A stretch of 64,000 nt of DNA from positions 5,058-69,057 of the IMG/VR virus record IMGVR_UViG_3300009152_000004; one strand, 5' to 3'. Shown in pieces: positions 47,117 through 56,875 of this stretch. Position numbers and translations under genes: made by a program. The notes under the pieces were generated by a model. It did not search any database, was not told the DNA's origin, and was given only the letters and a program-made list of their open reading frames with translations. Position 1 is the stretch's first letter. The number at the start of each line of letters is the position of its first letter. The stretch is from a virus.

Positions 47117-49545
47117 GTCGTCGTTCCTTTAGGTGCGGGCTTCTGTTTTTGTGCCCTGATTTTTTCCCTTTCCAACTCCAACCGTTGGGTCTCGCGTGCG
47201 TCTTCACGGTCATTCGACTTATGCTCGGAGGCGATATTGACCCCCAGTTCGGCACCCTTGATACGCTCGTTGGAGGCGATTTTTTCCTCTTCGATGCGAA
47301 TCTTATCGGCAGCGGTGGCGGCGTCGATAACCACCTTCTTCTCTTTGATGCCCGCTTCCTTCTCCTTGATCTCCAGTTCCTTCTGCTGCATCTGGATGAG
47401 CGGGTCTTGCGCCTGCTGCGCGGCTTGTTGGGCTGCGGCTTCTGCCTGATCTTTCTGGAGCAGTTTGCTCGCGGCCTGTGCCGTGAGTTGTGACAGCATG
47501 ACCTCGTATTCCTCCGGCAAGTTCTCCTCCGGATGTGGCATCGCGCTGCCCAGTTGTTTCTCGATCTCGCGGCGGTACTGGAACGCAACGTGCTCGGTTA
47601 TGTGGGCTGCGGCTGCAGCCAGAATCTGCTGCGCCATCGGGTTCTGCCCCATCACCTGCATGATCTTCGGGTCTTGGATCGCGGCCATGTGCACAGCAAT
47701 GTGGGCTTCATGGTCTTGGTACATGAACGCCTTGACCGGCTTCCCATTGAGGATCGCCATATTCTCTGTCACAGGATCAACCGGCTTCATGTCATCGTCC
47801 GTCGGCACCAGCTTGGCGGCGTTCTTCACCCCCAGCGTCTCGATCATCTGCCGGTGCAGCAGCTTCAGGTCATACAACTGCGGCGCGGTCTTCGCCAACT
47901 CCATCACCGCCTGATACTGCACCACCTTCTGGCTCATCGTCGCGGCGTTCGGGTCCGACACGGGGATCACGTCCACCATGTCATAGTCGCTACGCTTGGC
48001 CTTGCGGTCACCCACCTCCGGCTCATATGCGTAGTCTTCGGGCGTGTTGTCGCGGATGATCGCCGCCAGCAGCTTGAACTCCTGCTTCATCGCGTAGTGG
48101 ATGCGGGCCTGCACAGCACTCATGACCTTCAGCATCCGCTCCAGTATCGCCAGCGTGGTACCCACCGGGCTCTGGGCGCTCATATCACTGATCTTCATGT
48201 CAGCCGTAGCCGCGAACCGTTGCGCATCAGCCACGATCTTGTCCATCAGGGCTACCAGCGTCTGGCTAGGCTCCTTGTAGGGCAGGGGCAGGATGTTGTC
48301 GCGCATGGTCCCGCTCGGTACGTCGACGTCACGGAACTCACCCGGCGCAATCGGGGTGTCATCACCCTTTACCCGCAACCCTCGCGTTTTGAACCCGCCC
48401 GGGAGATTTGACAACGTACCCGCGTCCACCAACTGCCGCATCAATGAAGTAGCAGCCTGCGCATGTCCACCAATCAAGTGCACCAGACCAAAGGCGTAGA
48501 AACCAAAACCCGGGATGTACGGATAATGGACAAAATGCTGTCGTCGGTGGTGAAGCTCATCATCCTCCAACCAATTACGGCGCACCGACAGAATCTTAGT
48601 AGTTCCCTTCTCAATGGTCACCACATACGGAGACCCGACACCATCTTTACGGGCGTATTTATCCTTCCAGCCCAGATCATCAAAGTTAATATCGACGTGC
48701 ATCTCCAGCAACTGGAACCGGTCGTCAACTTCCGCACTGAAACCCTGCTCAAGCGCCTTCTGTTTCTCGATGTCGTCAATAACGCGTGTCGGCTCACCCA
48801 GATCAACGTCCACGTAAAACCCAGCGGCCTGCAATTTCTTAATCTCGATCTTAGTCTTACGCATCCGGTGCGTGACCCGTTCAGCGGTCTCCAGATTAGA
48901 CGCGCCATAAGGTACAACTACGTCTTCTGCGGGTATATAAAGGGCTACTTGGCGGTTCAGCGAAGGGTCAAAATACACCTTTTTGAACGCATTTCCCGAC
49001 AAACTGAGTGAAAATAGCAGACGTTCGTGCTCCGGGCGGTACTCAATCATCCGCTCCGTCATCTCGTAGTTCATATCCTCCTTCACTCGCACTGCAGCCT
49101 CTTCTTTTTCCTTGGTCTCTTTACCGATGATCACGGTTTTGACCGGGCCTGCTGCGGGGAACGTCTCCATGATGGTCTCGGACTGAAACTTGACCGCGCT
49201 CTCCATCAGCATCGGGTGGAACACACCGCAAGCACCAGCCCATGGCTCTGTTCGCTCGTCGTATTTCAGACCCAGCAACTTCAGGCCCTTGACGTAGGTG
49301 TCCATCCAGTCCTTCCGACTGCGATAGTCCATGTCGTAGTTCTCAAGCAGGTCGGTACTCAGTTCGGAGAGCACGCCGTCGGGGATTTTATCTTCGGCCA
49401 GATTAGCGCCGAACTCCGTGTTTTCCACTGCGGGCTCGACTTCAACCTCTGGAGACTCTAGTTCAATTTCAATCTCGACTTCTGGTTGTGGCGCGAGCGC
49501 TTCAAGCCCTTGCGGGGCGGGGTTCAGTGATTTTTCGATAGCCAT
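47113..49545 (-). CDS. portal protein (P22-like, with Gln-rich barrel)
   Basis: 810 aa directly after TerL; SRKDW, FKKVYFD, PGEFRDVD, PVGTTLA. Confidence 0.88.
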   Translation of the reverse strand: MAIEKSLNPAPQGLEALAPQPEVEIEIELESPEVEVEPAVENTEFGANLAEDKIPDGVLSELSTDLLENYDMDYRSRKDWMDTYVKGLKLLGLKYDERTEPWAGACGVFHPMLMESAVKFQSETIMETFPAAGPVKTVIIGKETKEKEEAAVRVKEDMNYEMTERMIEYRPEHERLLFSLSLSGNAFKKVYFDPSLNRQVALYIPAEDVVVPYGASNLETAERVTHRMRKTKIEIKKLQAAGFYVDVDLGEPTRVIDDIEKQKALEQGFSAEVDDRFQLLEMHVDINFDDLGWKDKYARKDGVGSPYVVTIEKGTTKILSVRRNWLEDDELHHRRQHFVHYPYIPGFGFYAFGLVHLIGGHAQAATSLMRQLVDAGTLSNLPGGFKTRGLRVKGDDTPIAPGEFRDVDVPSGTMRDNILPLPYKEPSQTLVALMDKIVADAQRFAATADMKISDMSAQSPVGTTLAILERMLKVMSAVQARIHYAMKQEFKLLAAIIRDNTPEDYAYEPEVGDRKAKRSDYDMVDVIPVSDPNAATMSQKVVQYQAVMELAKTAPQLYDLKLLHRQMIETLGVKNAAKLVPTDDDMKPVDPVTENMAILNGKPVKAFMYQDHEAHIAVHMAAIQDPKIMQVMGQNPMAQQILAAAAAHITEHVAFQYRREIEKQLGSAMPHPEENLPEEYEVMLSQLTAQAASKLLQKDQAEAAAQQAAQQAQDPLIQMQQKELEIKEKEAGIKEKKVVIDAATAADKIRIEEEKIASNERIKGAELGVNIASEHKSNDREDARETQRLELEREKIRAQKQKPAPKGTTT

Positions 49546-49563
49546 TTTCGCCTCATTCGTCCG

Positions 49564-51165
49564 TTAGTAGTAGCCCGCGTTTCGTTTGCTCTTGAAGTAC
49601 CGGGGCTCGTCTGGCTCATCCTTCTCCAGCTTGAGGAACCCACCCAGTCGAACTCGCATCAGGGCCAATGTCATCGCGTCCACCAAGTCATCGTGCTGCC
49701 CGACCGGAAACGACGCCACCTCATCGACCATCTCCTCTGCCCAGCGCGTGCGCGGAACCCACACAATACCACTGGCGAACATATCCGCAACACTATTAAG
49801 CCGGGATATTTTATCCTGTCCTTTACTCGGTGTGTATTCCCCCACCGGCAACCCCATCGCCCGCAACTCATAAATCAGTGGGGCACCCGAGGCTTTCTTC
49901 TCAACCAACAGCGCGTCCGGCTTCCACCGGTCGTAGTGCTCTTTCGCCACGGCCTTCAACTCCGGGAACTCCATACGGTCCTTGAAGCTGTCCAGCAGGA
50001 TCACGTTCGCCGCGCCGCGCTCACGCTCACGACCCTCCGGCCACCACACACCCCACGTCGTACAGGCACTGAAGTCCGCCCGGGAACTTTTCTCAAACGC
50101 CGTGTCCCACGACTGAATGATGAACTGACAGGTCGGCGGTCTCTCGTCCTCCCACCACCTCCACCACTCGCGCTTGATGATCGCCCCCTCTTCCGAGGTC
50201 GGGTTCTGCTGGTACTGCGCACTCCACTGGTACGCAGGCATCGAGGCTTTGGTTCTCAGCAGCGCGTCCAACGGCCACTGCTCCGGCCACAGGGATTTCT
50301 GTTGAACCTCTATCCGGGTTGTAACCTCCCCGTCATCATCCGTCTCTTCGATCTCGACTTCTTTCTCCAGCACCGCCGGGAACTCCACGACTTCAAACTG
50401 GTCAGCGCCGTCGTTCATGGTCATGTCCCGCACCAGTCGACCGGTCAGGTCATTCGTCGCCCATCGAGTCTGCACAATCGCCACCCTACCTCCGGGCATC
50501 AAACGTGTACGGGCACCCGTCGTGTACCACTCATAGGCTTTATCAAAAACGTCCAAGTTCCCGTTGATGATGTCCTGTTCATTGTGGGGGTCGTCCACCA
50601 GCAGCAGGTCTGCACCACGTCCAGCGATTGCACCGCCGACACCCACCGCGAAGTATTCACCCCCATAATTGGTGTTCCACCGACCCGCGCTCTTGGAGTC
50701 CGGACTCAATTCAACCCCTTTGCCATCAGGGTTAAAAAGTGCCCGAAACGGCTCAGAATCGATCAAATTTCGCACTTTTCGACCAAAACTGACCGCCAGA
50801 TCAGCCGTGTGGGACACCATCATGACCTTCGCTTCGGGGTAATTGGCAAGGAACCAAGCCGGGAAGTAATACGACACCATGTGACTTTTCCCCATCCGGG
50901 GGGCCATATTCACGCAAATCCGGTCTTTATCACCCCGGGCAATCGACTCCAGCAGTGCCGCCAGCCGCCTATGGTGCGGGCCGATCTTATATGACGGCTC
51001 TATATACTGTATGAAGTCCAACAGACTGGTGTGTGCCCGTTTCTTGGTCTTCCGTGCCTCCAACTCGTCCAGCAGTCGCAGTACTTCCTCTTTCTCGCCC
51101 CGTGGTAGCTGTTTCAGCAGGGACGGATTTCTGCGCAGTTGGTCGATGTGGATGGGGAGGGCCAT
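49564..51165 (-). CDS. terL: terminase large subunit
   Basis: Walker A APRMGKS, Walker B LLVDD, QTRW, RNase H SWDTA, HDDLVDA. Confidence 0.95.
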   Translation of the reverse strand: MALPIHIDQLRRNPSLLKQLPRGEKEEVLRLLDELEARKTKKRAHTSLLDFIQYIEPSYKIGPHHRRLAALLESIARGDKDRICVNMAPRMGKSHMVSYYFPAWFLANYPEAKVMMVSHTADLAVSFGRKVRNLIDSEPFRALFNPDGKGVELSPDSKSAGRWNTNYGGEYFAVGVGGAIAGRGADLLLVDDPHNEQDIINGNLDVFDKAYEWYTTGARTRLMPGGRVAIVQTRWATNDLTGRLVRDMTMNDGADQFEVVEFPAVLEKEVEIEETDDDGEVTTRIEVQQKSLWPEQWPLDALLRTKASMPAYQWSAQYQQNPTSEEGAIIKREWWRWWEDERPPTCQFIIQSWDTAFEKSSRADFSACTTWGVWWPEGRERERGAANVILLDSFKDRMEFPELKAVAKEHYDRWKPDALLVEKKASGAPLIYELRAMGLPVGEYTPSKGQDKISRLNSVADMFASGIVWVPRTRWAEEMVDEVASFPVGQHDDLVDAMTLALMRVRLGGFLKLEKDEPDEPRYFKSKRNAGYY

Positions 51166-51170
51166 GGGGG

Positions 51171-51815
51171 TTACAGCAAATTGTCTACGTCGACTATCTG
51201 AGGGTGGGGGTTCGGGGATTGTATGGGTTCCGGGCTTTCTTGGTCTTCTCGCACTACTTCACCCTCAATTTCCACCGCGCCCATGAACTTCTCCAGCCGC
51301 GACTGAATCTCCTGCTCCAACTCCTCGTCGGTTTTCGTCTTGTGGGTGATCTCCAGCTTGTCGCTGAACAGCCCAACGTCCTTGATTTTACCCAGCAATT
51401 CCAGTGCCTTCAGGCGGATTTTACCGTCGACGTGCTCGGTCTCCTCCAGCAGCTTGTTGGTCACGTAGGTCCGGATGCGGGCCGCGTTGTTGATCAGTTC
51501 TTCGTCAAGCTCACCCAGCATGAGGTCCAGCTTCTGTACTGCGGGCTTGGTGTAGTGAGCGATCCGGCCTATGGCCTGCTTCACTTCCTTGGGTGGGGAC
51601 TCCGGGTCTGCGATTACTGCGAACGTATCACGTACTTCTTCTTCGTCAAACCGGGTCAATGGCAGGGTGTCAGGGGTCTCATCCATCAGCGAATTCATGG
51701 TATGCACCGCGAGACGAGCGCGCTCGTACAGTGAGATATTCTTCAACGGCGTAGCCAACTCGGGACCGCCGCGCATCTCGATTTTCGGGTGTATCTCGCT
51801 GATTTTGTGCTCCAT
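51171..51815 (-). CDS. terS: putative terminase small subunit
   Basis: Directly upstream of terL; RLKALELLGK..DVGLF motif. Confidence 0.7.
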   Translation of the reverse strand: MEHKISEIHPKIEMRGGPELATPLKNISLYERARLAVHTMNSLMDETPDTLPLTRFDEEEVRDTFAVIADPESPPKEVKQAIGRIAHYTKPAVQKLDLMLGELDEELINNAARIRTYVTNKLLEETEHVDGKIRLKALELLGKIKDVGLFSDKLEITHKTKTDEELEQEIQSRLEKFMGAVEIEGEVVREDQESPEPIQSPNPHPQIVDVDNLL

Positions 51816-51845
51816 GCAGGTGGTTTGGTACCTGTTGACGGGGTG

Positions 51846-51874
51846 GTTATATATTGTGGGGGGTGGGGTGTCAA
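51846..51874 (-). promoter_or_regulatory. sigma70 promoter of the late operon
   Basis: TTGACA-17 bp-TATAAC on the minus strand, upstream of terS. Confidence 0.7.
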
Positions 51875-51939
51875 GTGGAGGAGGTAAGGAATCCTACCCG
51901 GGGGTGTTTCCTATAGAAGTATAGTGGGGGGGGTCGAGT

Positions 51940-52443
51940 TTACTTTGCGCGTTTTGCGTATGTTTTTGAACGGTTCTCGGATTGCTGTGCCTTCGACGCC
52001 CACCGGCAATTACCGGGTGCATACCCCAACGCGTTGTCGATCCTGTCAATTGAAAATCCTGTGGGTTTTGGTCCCATGTCCTCGAAGAAACACAACCACC
52101 CAGACAGCCCATTTTCCCCAAATCGCCAACGATCACACACAGTGACACCACTACCCCCATAGTACTGATAGCTCGGATAGCGCGGATTTGTACATCTACC
52201 AATCATGGCGGTCCACGATTTTTTTGTGTACGCCCGACGTTCACTGTCTGCTTTGGATTGCGCCGCCGCACGTAGCTCCGCCCCGTAACACCCACAGGAT
52301 TGCGTATTGCCCGAGCGCAGTTTGTCACCTAGTACGATGGTGGTGTTGCCGCAGTCACATTCACATAACCACCGCTTGTTGTAGTTTGCGTCTTTGCTGT
52401 GCAGCTTGGCTACGGTCAGCCGATGAAACCTGTTTCCTTCCAT
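51940..52443 (-). CDS. HNH homing endonuclease
   Basis: WLCECDCG, SCGC, W.AM..RC.NP, YGG.GVTVCDRW, SIDRIDN..GY.PGNCRW. Confidence 0.87.
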   Translation of the reverse strand: MEGNRFHRLTVAKLHSKDANYNKRWLCECDCGNTTIVLGDKLRSGNTQSCGCYGAELRAAAQSKADSERRAYTKKSWTAMIGRCTNPRYPSYQYYGGSGVTVCDRWRFGENGLSGWLCFFEDMGPKPTGFSIDRIDNALGYAPGNCRWASKAQQSENRSKTYAKRAK

Positions 52444-52625
52444 ACACCCTCCTATGGTTACCTACTGGTGGGGAGTATACCCGATTTTTAAAATGATGCA
52501 ATCCTTTGTCCAAAACCTAGTGTAAGTGGTCGCGGTGTGGGACTCCTAACCATAAAGCGGGGTGCCACTCCGGTGGGGTCTGCGCTAGGGCTGTAGGGGA
52601 TTGCGGATTGGGGAATTTTGGACGT

Positions 52626-52650
52626 AAAAAAACCGCCCCGAAGGGCGGTT
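52626..52650 (-). terminator. intrinsic terminator
   Basis: AACCGCCC-TTCG-GGGCGG-TTTTTTT on the minus strand. Confidence 0.85.
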
Positions 52651-52673
52651 AGATGCTACAGGGTAGGGCTGTG

Positions 52674-53228
52674 TTACTCGGCGCTCTTGCCTCTGAACAG
52701 CGTGTTAACTCGTGCCCTTGTATCCTTGAGCAATGCCACAAGCTCAACCACCGGCGCGCCTTTCTTGCCGTCATCCTTCTGAATCAGTTTCACCAGTGCC
52801 GCGAGGCGCTCGTCGATCTTTTCGTGCAGCGTTAACGTCTTGCGCGTACCGGCTTCCTGTTCCAGCACTTTCGTCATGTTGCGCTTGATACCTGCTATTG
52901 CCTTACGCTCTTTGGCCTTGTACATGTGACGCAAGTCCGATTCCTGTTTCGTGCTCGCCGCGATACTCTTATCCGCTGCATCAAGGGTCTTGCGGGCTTC
53001 AGCACTGAAGCGAACGCGAACTGCTTGCCGGACTTCCTGAAGCAATGCCTCGTTGTACTGCGCCGCGTCCTTGTCCAAGTTCTCTGGCTTAAACCCGGCG
53101 TCCACCATTTCCTTCGCAGCAGCGTACAGCGCATTTTCGGCCGCTTCCATTGCCCCGAACGCTTCACCGATTGCAGCAACAACTGCTTGCGGGAGGATAG
53201 CGAATTTGAAACCGTTTGCTTTTGACAT
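52674..53228 (-). CDS. stand-alone helical protein with its own promoter and terminator
   Basis: GGAG RBS, 184 aa ORF. Confidence 0.75.
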   Translation of the reverse strand: MSKANGFKFAILPQAVVAAIGEAFGAMEAAENALYAAAKEMVDAGFKPENLDKDAAQYNEALLQEVRQAVRVRFSAEARKTLDAADKSIAASTKQESDLRHMYKAKERKAIAGIKRNMTKVLEQEAGTRKTLTLHEKIDERLAALVKLIQKDDGKKGAPVVELVALLKDTRARVNTLFRGKSAE

Positions 53229-53282
53229 GATTGATTCTCCAATAAAACGGAAGGATGCAATTGCTTCCTTGACCGTGACTCC

Positions 53283-53311
53283 ATTATGCCATAGAACCGT
53301 TCCTTAAACAA
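53283..53311 (-). promoter_or_regulatory. extended -10 promoter
   Basis: TTGTTT-17 bp-CATAAT with TG at -15/-14. Confidence 0.5.
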
Positions 53312-53486
53312 ATATCCCAAATGAATACCCGACTAAATCACTCCGTCTTTTTAAGACCGACAAGACTGTAGGGTTATTACCTGACCCGAACACAACCCCT
53401 ACCCAAAACCCCCATGCTGCAATGCAGCACCCCCATGATAGTTCCTTTGTCGGCGGTGGCGCGAGTCCACAATTTGGTCGCGTTTG

Positions 53487-54190
53487 TAAGTCCTTGATTT
53501 TCAACCACCATTACATTACTGGGAGTAGGGTTATTAGCCATGTCATTGATTCTATTGCGTTTTGGGAGGCGTGGACTTTCACAAAAAGACGTTGAAATGA
53601 ACACTTTTGACCCTCTAATAAAAATACACGTATTTCTATACACTAATGTAAAACGACCCGAAATATACGCAAAAAAGTGGGCGCTCGTAAGTCATTGATA
53701 AGTAGTATGCATTCCCACAATGTTCCAAAGGGTATTATAAGTCCTTGATTATAAATGGAACATTTTAGGGGGTGTTTTTCCCTTTAAAATCAACATGTTC
53801 CAAAATCTGTTCCAAAACCCTACTAGCGTCATGGAACACGTTATTTACCTTTAGAATCAAATACTTAGGTGAGTTATCCACAGCAATGTTCCAAGATTTC
53901 CAACATATATGGTCTGGTAACCAAAAGTGTTCAAAAAAACGCGTTTTTTTATTAGCCTAAAATGGCAGGAGCCCCAGACCCCGTATACCTTTTGCTTGGA
54001 ACATTTGGAACATTCAGGCATCCTATAATAATAATAATCTTTAAAAACAATTAGTTAGTAGATGTTCCAAATGTTCCAAACTTTTGCCTCGACCCCTAAC
54101 CCATTGATTTTAAATGGAACATATTTCACCTGTGCATTCAAAGACTTACACCACTTTTTTCTCTAAGTCCTTGATTATAGGCTTGGAACA
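53487..54190. repeat. array of 12 TGTTCCA/TGGAACA iterons interleaved with IHF-consensus sites (putative origin or packaging site)
   Basis: Heptamers at 53721, 53756, 53796, 53808, 53832, 53887, 53997, 54006, 54063, 54072, 54115, 54184; WATCAANNNNTTR matches at 53487, 53688, 53738, 53855, 54097, 54164. Confidence 0.8.
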
Positions 54191-54377
54191 TTTGCAAATC
54201 TGCCTCTTTTTTAATCAGTTGGGGTTTTATTGCACCGCACCACAGATCAGGCCCAACCCGCATGATAGTTCTCGCGTAGGCGGTGGCGCAACGCCCTCCA
54301 GACCCAAAGCCAACACACCAGAAGCCCACCGAACTCCCCATCGGGCCCCGTCACACCTCACTTTACACTCCAAATAC

Positions 54378-54406
54378 TTGTATTACAAACGCTTTTCCGG
54401 TATAAT
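54378..54406 (+). promoter_or_regulatory. early sigma70 promoter
   Basis: TTGTAT-17 bp-TATAAT. Confidence 0.7.
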
Positions 54407-54453
54407 AGTAGTACGATGGGTAGTAAAGAAGTGGTCAGGAAGTACCCCATCAC

Positions 54454-54494
54454 CGCTCTTTAAAAACAAGCGCCGTGCCGAACCAGCGCACGGC
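54454..54494 (+). promoter_or_regulatory. nut-like antitermination site (boxA plus hairpin)
   Basis: CGCTCTTTAAAA about 40 nt after the predicted start, followed by stem GCCGTGC/GCACGGC. Confidence 0.6.
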
Positions 54495-55305
54495 AACAAA
54501 GTCCACAGGCAGGAGTTACGGCCTGTGGTTGGCAGGGCTTTGACCTGATGCGTTTCAACAACAGTGTGTGGACACCCACACCACGCTCAGACCTCCCTGC
54601 GGTTCAAACCGGCAACTCACGCGCACCAACAGTAACCCGAAGCACCCAATGAACCCATTGGCTGTGATCAGTAAGACGGGGCAATAACAATAGCGGCAAC
54701 ACCAGCGCCCCCCGCAACCAGAAGGCCCAATGGCAGTAGGCGTGACCACGATGTAACGGCAGCGACTGCATGAAGTAATAGGTACAAACCCAAACACCCC
54801 GCCAGATCGCATGGAAGCAGCTAGAGATACGTCCGAGGCATGTGGTGGAGGGCATGGCGTGAGCCAACCCCCATGATCCCGCTAAACCTCATACGAACGT
54901 CCCCAGCCCTACCCATGCGTCCCACGACGCTGAACCGACGTAGGGGGAAACCCCACACAACCCGTCAAACTGGCAACGAACGAGAGCAAACTCAGCACAC
55001 CAACCCCTGCGGTAACCCGCTAAATATGTGGACACTCCCACATAGGAAGTCCCTGCTGTCTCGCATAGAGTCAATCCAGAAGCGCCGTGTAACAAATCAA
55101 AATGAACAAAGCAGGCAATACAATGCAGCCGCACGCAAACCCAATACCAGACCGGAGAAACCAAGAAACCTGTGTAGTATAAATCCGCGTCTTCTCTGTT
55201 GGGCAGGAACGGTACCCCCGTTTAAACCAGACATCCTGCGTGCGACTGCTGTGTGTGCTGCCTAGAGGGGTGAGATAAAACCGAACCAAACGTAAAGGAG
55301 AACCA

Positions 55306-55506
55306 ATGAAACTGCAACAACTGGCGGACGAAATCAACAAACTGGTATCTGAAGGGCATGGTGGCAAGTGGGTGTTTTACCGGCACACGGCGTCCGGTGA
55401 TTGTGGTGCGGTGTGGGGTGCGCAGGTGACAGACAGTGTTGACGATTCTGGTCCGTTCGATTTGGACGAGCCGGAGTACGTCGCGTTGAATGTTGGGGGC
55501 TTTTAA
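55306..55506 (+). CDS. first early protein, hypothetical
   Basis: AAGGAG RBS. Confidence 0.7.
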   Translation: MKLQQLADEINKLVSEGHGGKWVFYRHTASGDCGAVWGAQVTDSVDDSGPFDLDEPEYVALNVGGF

Positions 55507-55527
55507 ACGGAGAAAGGAAGGTGATGT

Positions 55528-55710
55528 ATGACAGGAGCCGAAGTTCGGGGAGCGATTGTGTTGGTCGTTGTGTGGATGCTGTTGTGTTTGTTGGGGCAGT
55601 ATTGGTTCGGTAATACGTGGCAGATGCTCGCGGGTCTTATTGCGTGGTGGATAGCGCGAGGTGCGGGGAAGTTCACGGAACTGTTGCTGGAGGACAGACC
55701 GGGCCGGTGA
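55528..55710 (+). CDS. small two-TM membrane protein
   Basis: Two hydrophobic segments, RBS. Confidence 0.6.
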   Translation: MTGAEVRGAIVLVVVWMLLCLLGQYWFGNTWQMLAGLIAWWIARGAGKFTELLLEDRPGR

Positions 55711-55818
55711 AGCGAAGCAAGGAAGAAGTACAACCCACCCCTCTAGCCAGCATATACAACCAAGGAGAACTATCATGAGCGGCGAAAACCAGAACCCAAC
55801 CACCCCGAAGAAAACCAA

Positions 55819-56028
55819 ATGAACTGCTGCTGGTGTGGTGAAGACGTAGACCCGTCACGCTGGGCGTTAGGGTACCGCGTGTGTCTGCCCTGTGGTGAGG
55901 AGCAAGCAAAGCGTGCACGGGGTAGCTGGTGTGTGGTGCAGGAGTATGGGAAGGGTGCGTATCAGTTGGTCACCCCCGAGTCGGCGTTCAAGACGCTGCG
56001 CGAGACGAACCAGAAACAACAGAGGTGA
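55819..56028 (+). CDS. C4 zinc-finger protein (DksA/TraR finger-like)
   Basis: CCWCG....R.ALGY.VCLPC. Confidence 0.6.
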   Translation: MNCCWCGEDVDPSRWALGYRVCLPCGEEQAKRARGSWCVVQEYGKGAYQLVTPESAFKTLRETNQKQQR

Positions 56029-56031
56029 AAC

Positions 56032-56307
56032 GTGAACCCTGAAACCATACCCGACCTGACCGAAGAAGAAATCAAAGCCCTAGTCAGGCTGCACGGATGG
56101 TATATCGGGTATATCAGCGCGGGTGGAGGCCGACGTACTTACCGGGTGTTCAATGAGAACAACTGGTGTGTTGGCGAAGGCAATACGTTGGCCGGAGCGT
56201 ACGCAGATGCTTGCCAGAACGAAGACTCGGGGCACAATGAGCAGTTCAAGGTTTCCCCCGGGCCGTGGGTGAAGACTATAGACAAAATCAAAGCGGGAGA
56301 GATATGA
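56032..56307 (+). CDS. E..AL.KL.G family paralogue
   Basis: LTEEEIKALVRLHGW...GEGNTLAGAY. Confidence 0.7.
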   Translation: MNPETIPDLTEEEIKALVRLHGWYIGYISAGGGRRTYRVFNENNWCVGEGNTLAGAYADACQNEDSGHNEQFKVSPGPWVKTIDKIKAGEI

Positions 56308-56630
56308 AAAACCAAAAAACTATCATCATGCTGTTCATCATCGCACTGCTCCCGGCATGTGCGCCCAACCCAACCGTGGATAACCCCGACGAGATCATTG
56401 TGCGTTGGGTGCGTATGCAGCCATCAGAGGTGAGGGCCAAGTGTGGTGCAGACGCAGAAGCCTGTTTCCGTACGACACAAGGTAAGCATGTGATTTATAC
56501 ACGCAAACCCACAGGCCCGTACGATGAGCAACTGCATCGCGCATTGGGTCATGAACTACGTCATGGGTTCGAAGGGTATTTCCACGGCACGGCCCGCCGG
56601 TATGTAGACCTGAAGAGTCTGGGCCAATGA
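56304..56630 (+). CDS. lipoprotein with HExxH motif
   Basis: Signal peptide MKNQKTIIMLFIIALLPA-C; ALGHELRHGF. Confidence 0.65.
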   Translation: MKNQKTIIMLFIIALLPACAPNPTVDNPDEIIVRWVRMQPSEVRAKCGADAEACFRTTQGKHVIYTRKPTGPYDEQLHRALGHELRHGFEGYFHGTARRYVDLKSLGQ

Positions 56631-56875
56631 CAACCGAAGAACAAAACGCGCTGTGTAGGATGATGGGGTTTAAACTCATATACCACCCCTCCAACTCACA
56701 ATCTTATAAATCTTATATCCAATGGGGAATCAGATCGCTACCTAACGGCATGTTTTGGTTGGGGTATGGCAATACGTTTGAAGAGGTGTTCAATAACGCT
56801 TGCGAGACGGTAAAAAAACATCCCGAGTGGTTGAGAGACGGCCCGGCAGGAGAAGAGCAATGGAAAATAAACTGA
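56627..56875 (+). CDS. E..AL.KL.G family paralogue
   Basis: TTEEQNALCRMMGF...GYGNTFEEVF. Confidence 0.7.
   Translation: MTTEEQNALCRMMGFKLIYHPSNSQSYKSYIQWGIRSLPNGMFWLGYGNTFEEVFNNACETVKKHPEWLRDGPAGEEQWKIN

Noticed and set aside
53700-54200. Repeat cluster as a CRISPR or mini-CRISPR array
   Set aside because: Repeats are only 7-13 bp, in both orientations and irregularly spaced; no constant repeat-spacer period
54530-54560. CTGATG near 54545 as a hammerhead ribozyme core
   Set aside because: Reads CTGATGC rather than CTGATGA, and no properly placed GAAA or stems
53304-55265. ORF-track ORFs in the control region (53304, 53377, 53772, 54114, 54840)
   Set aside because: No convincing RBS, they run through the iterons, promoter or hairpins, and their composition is not protein-like
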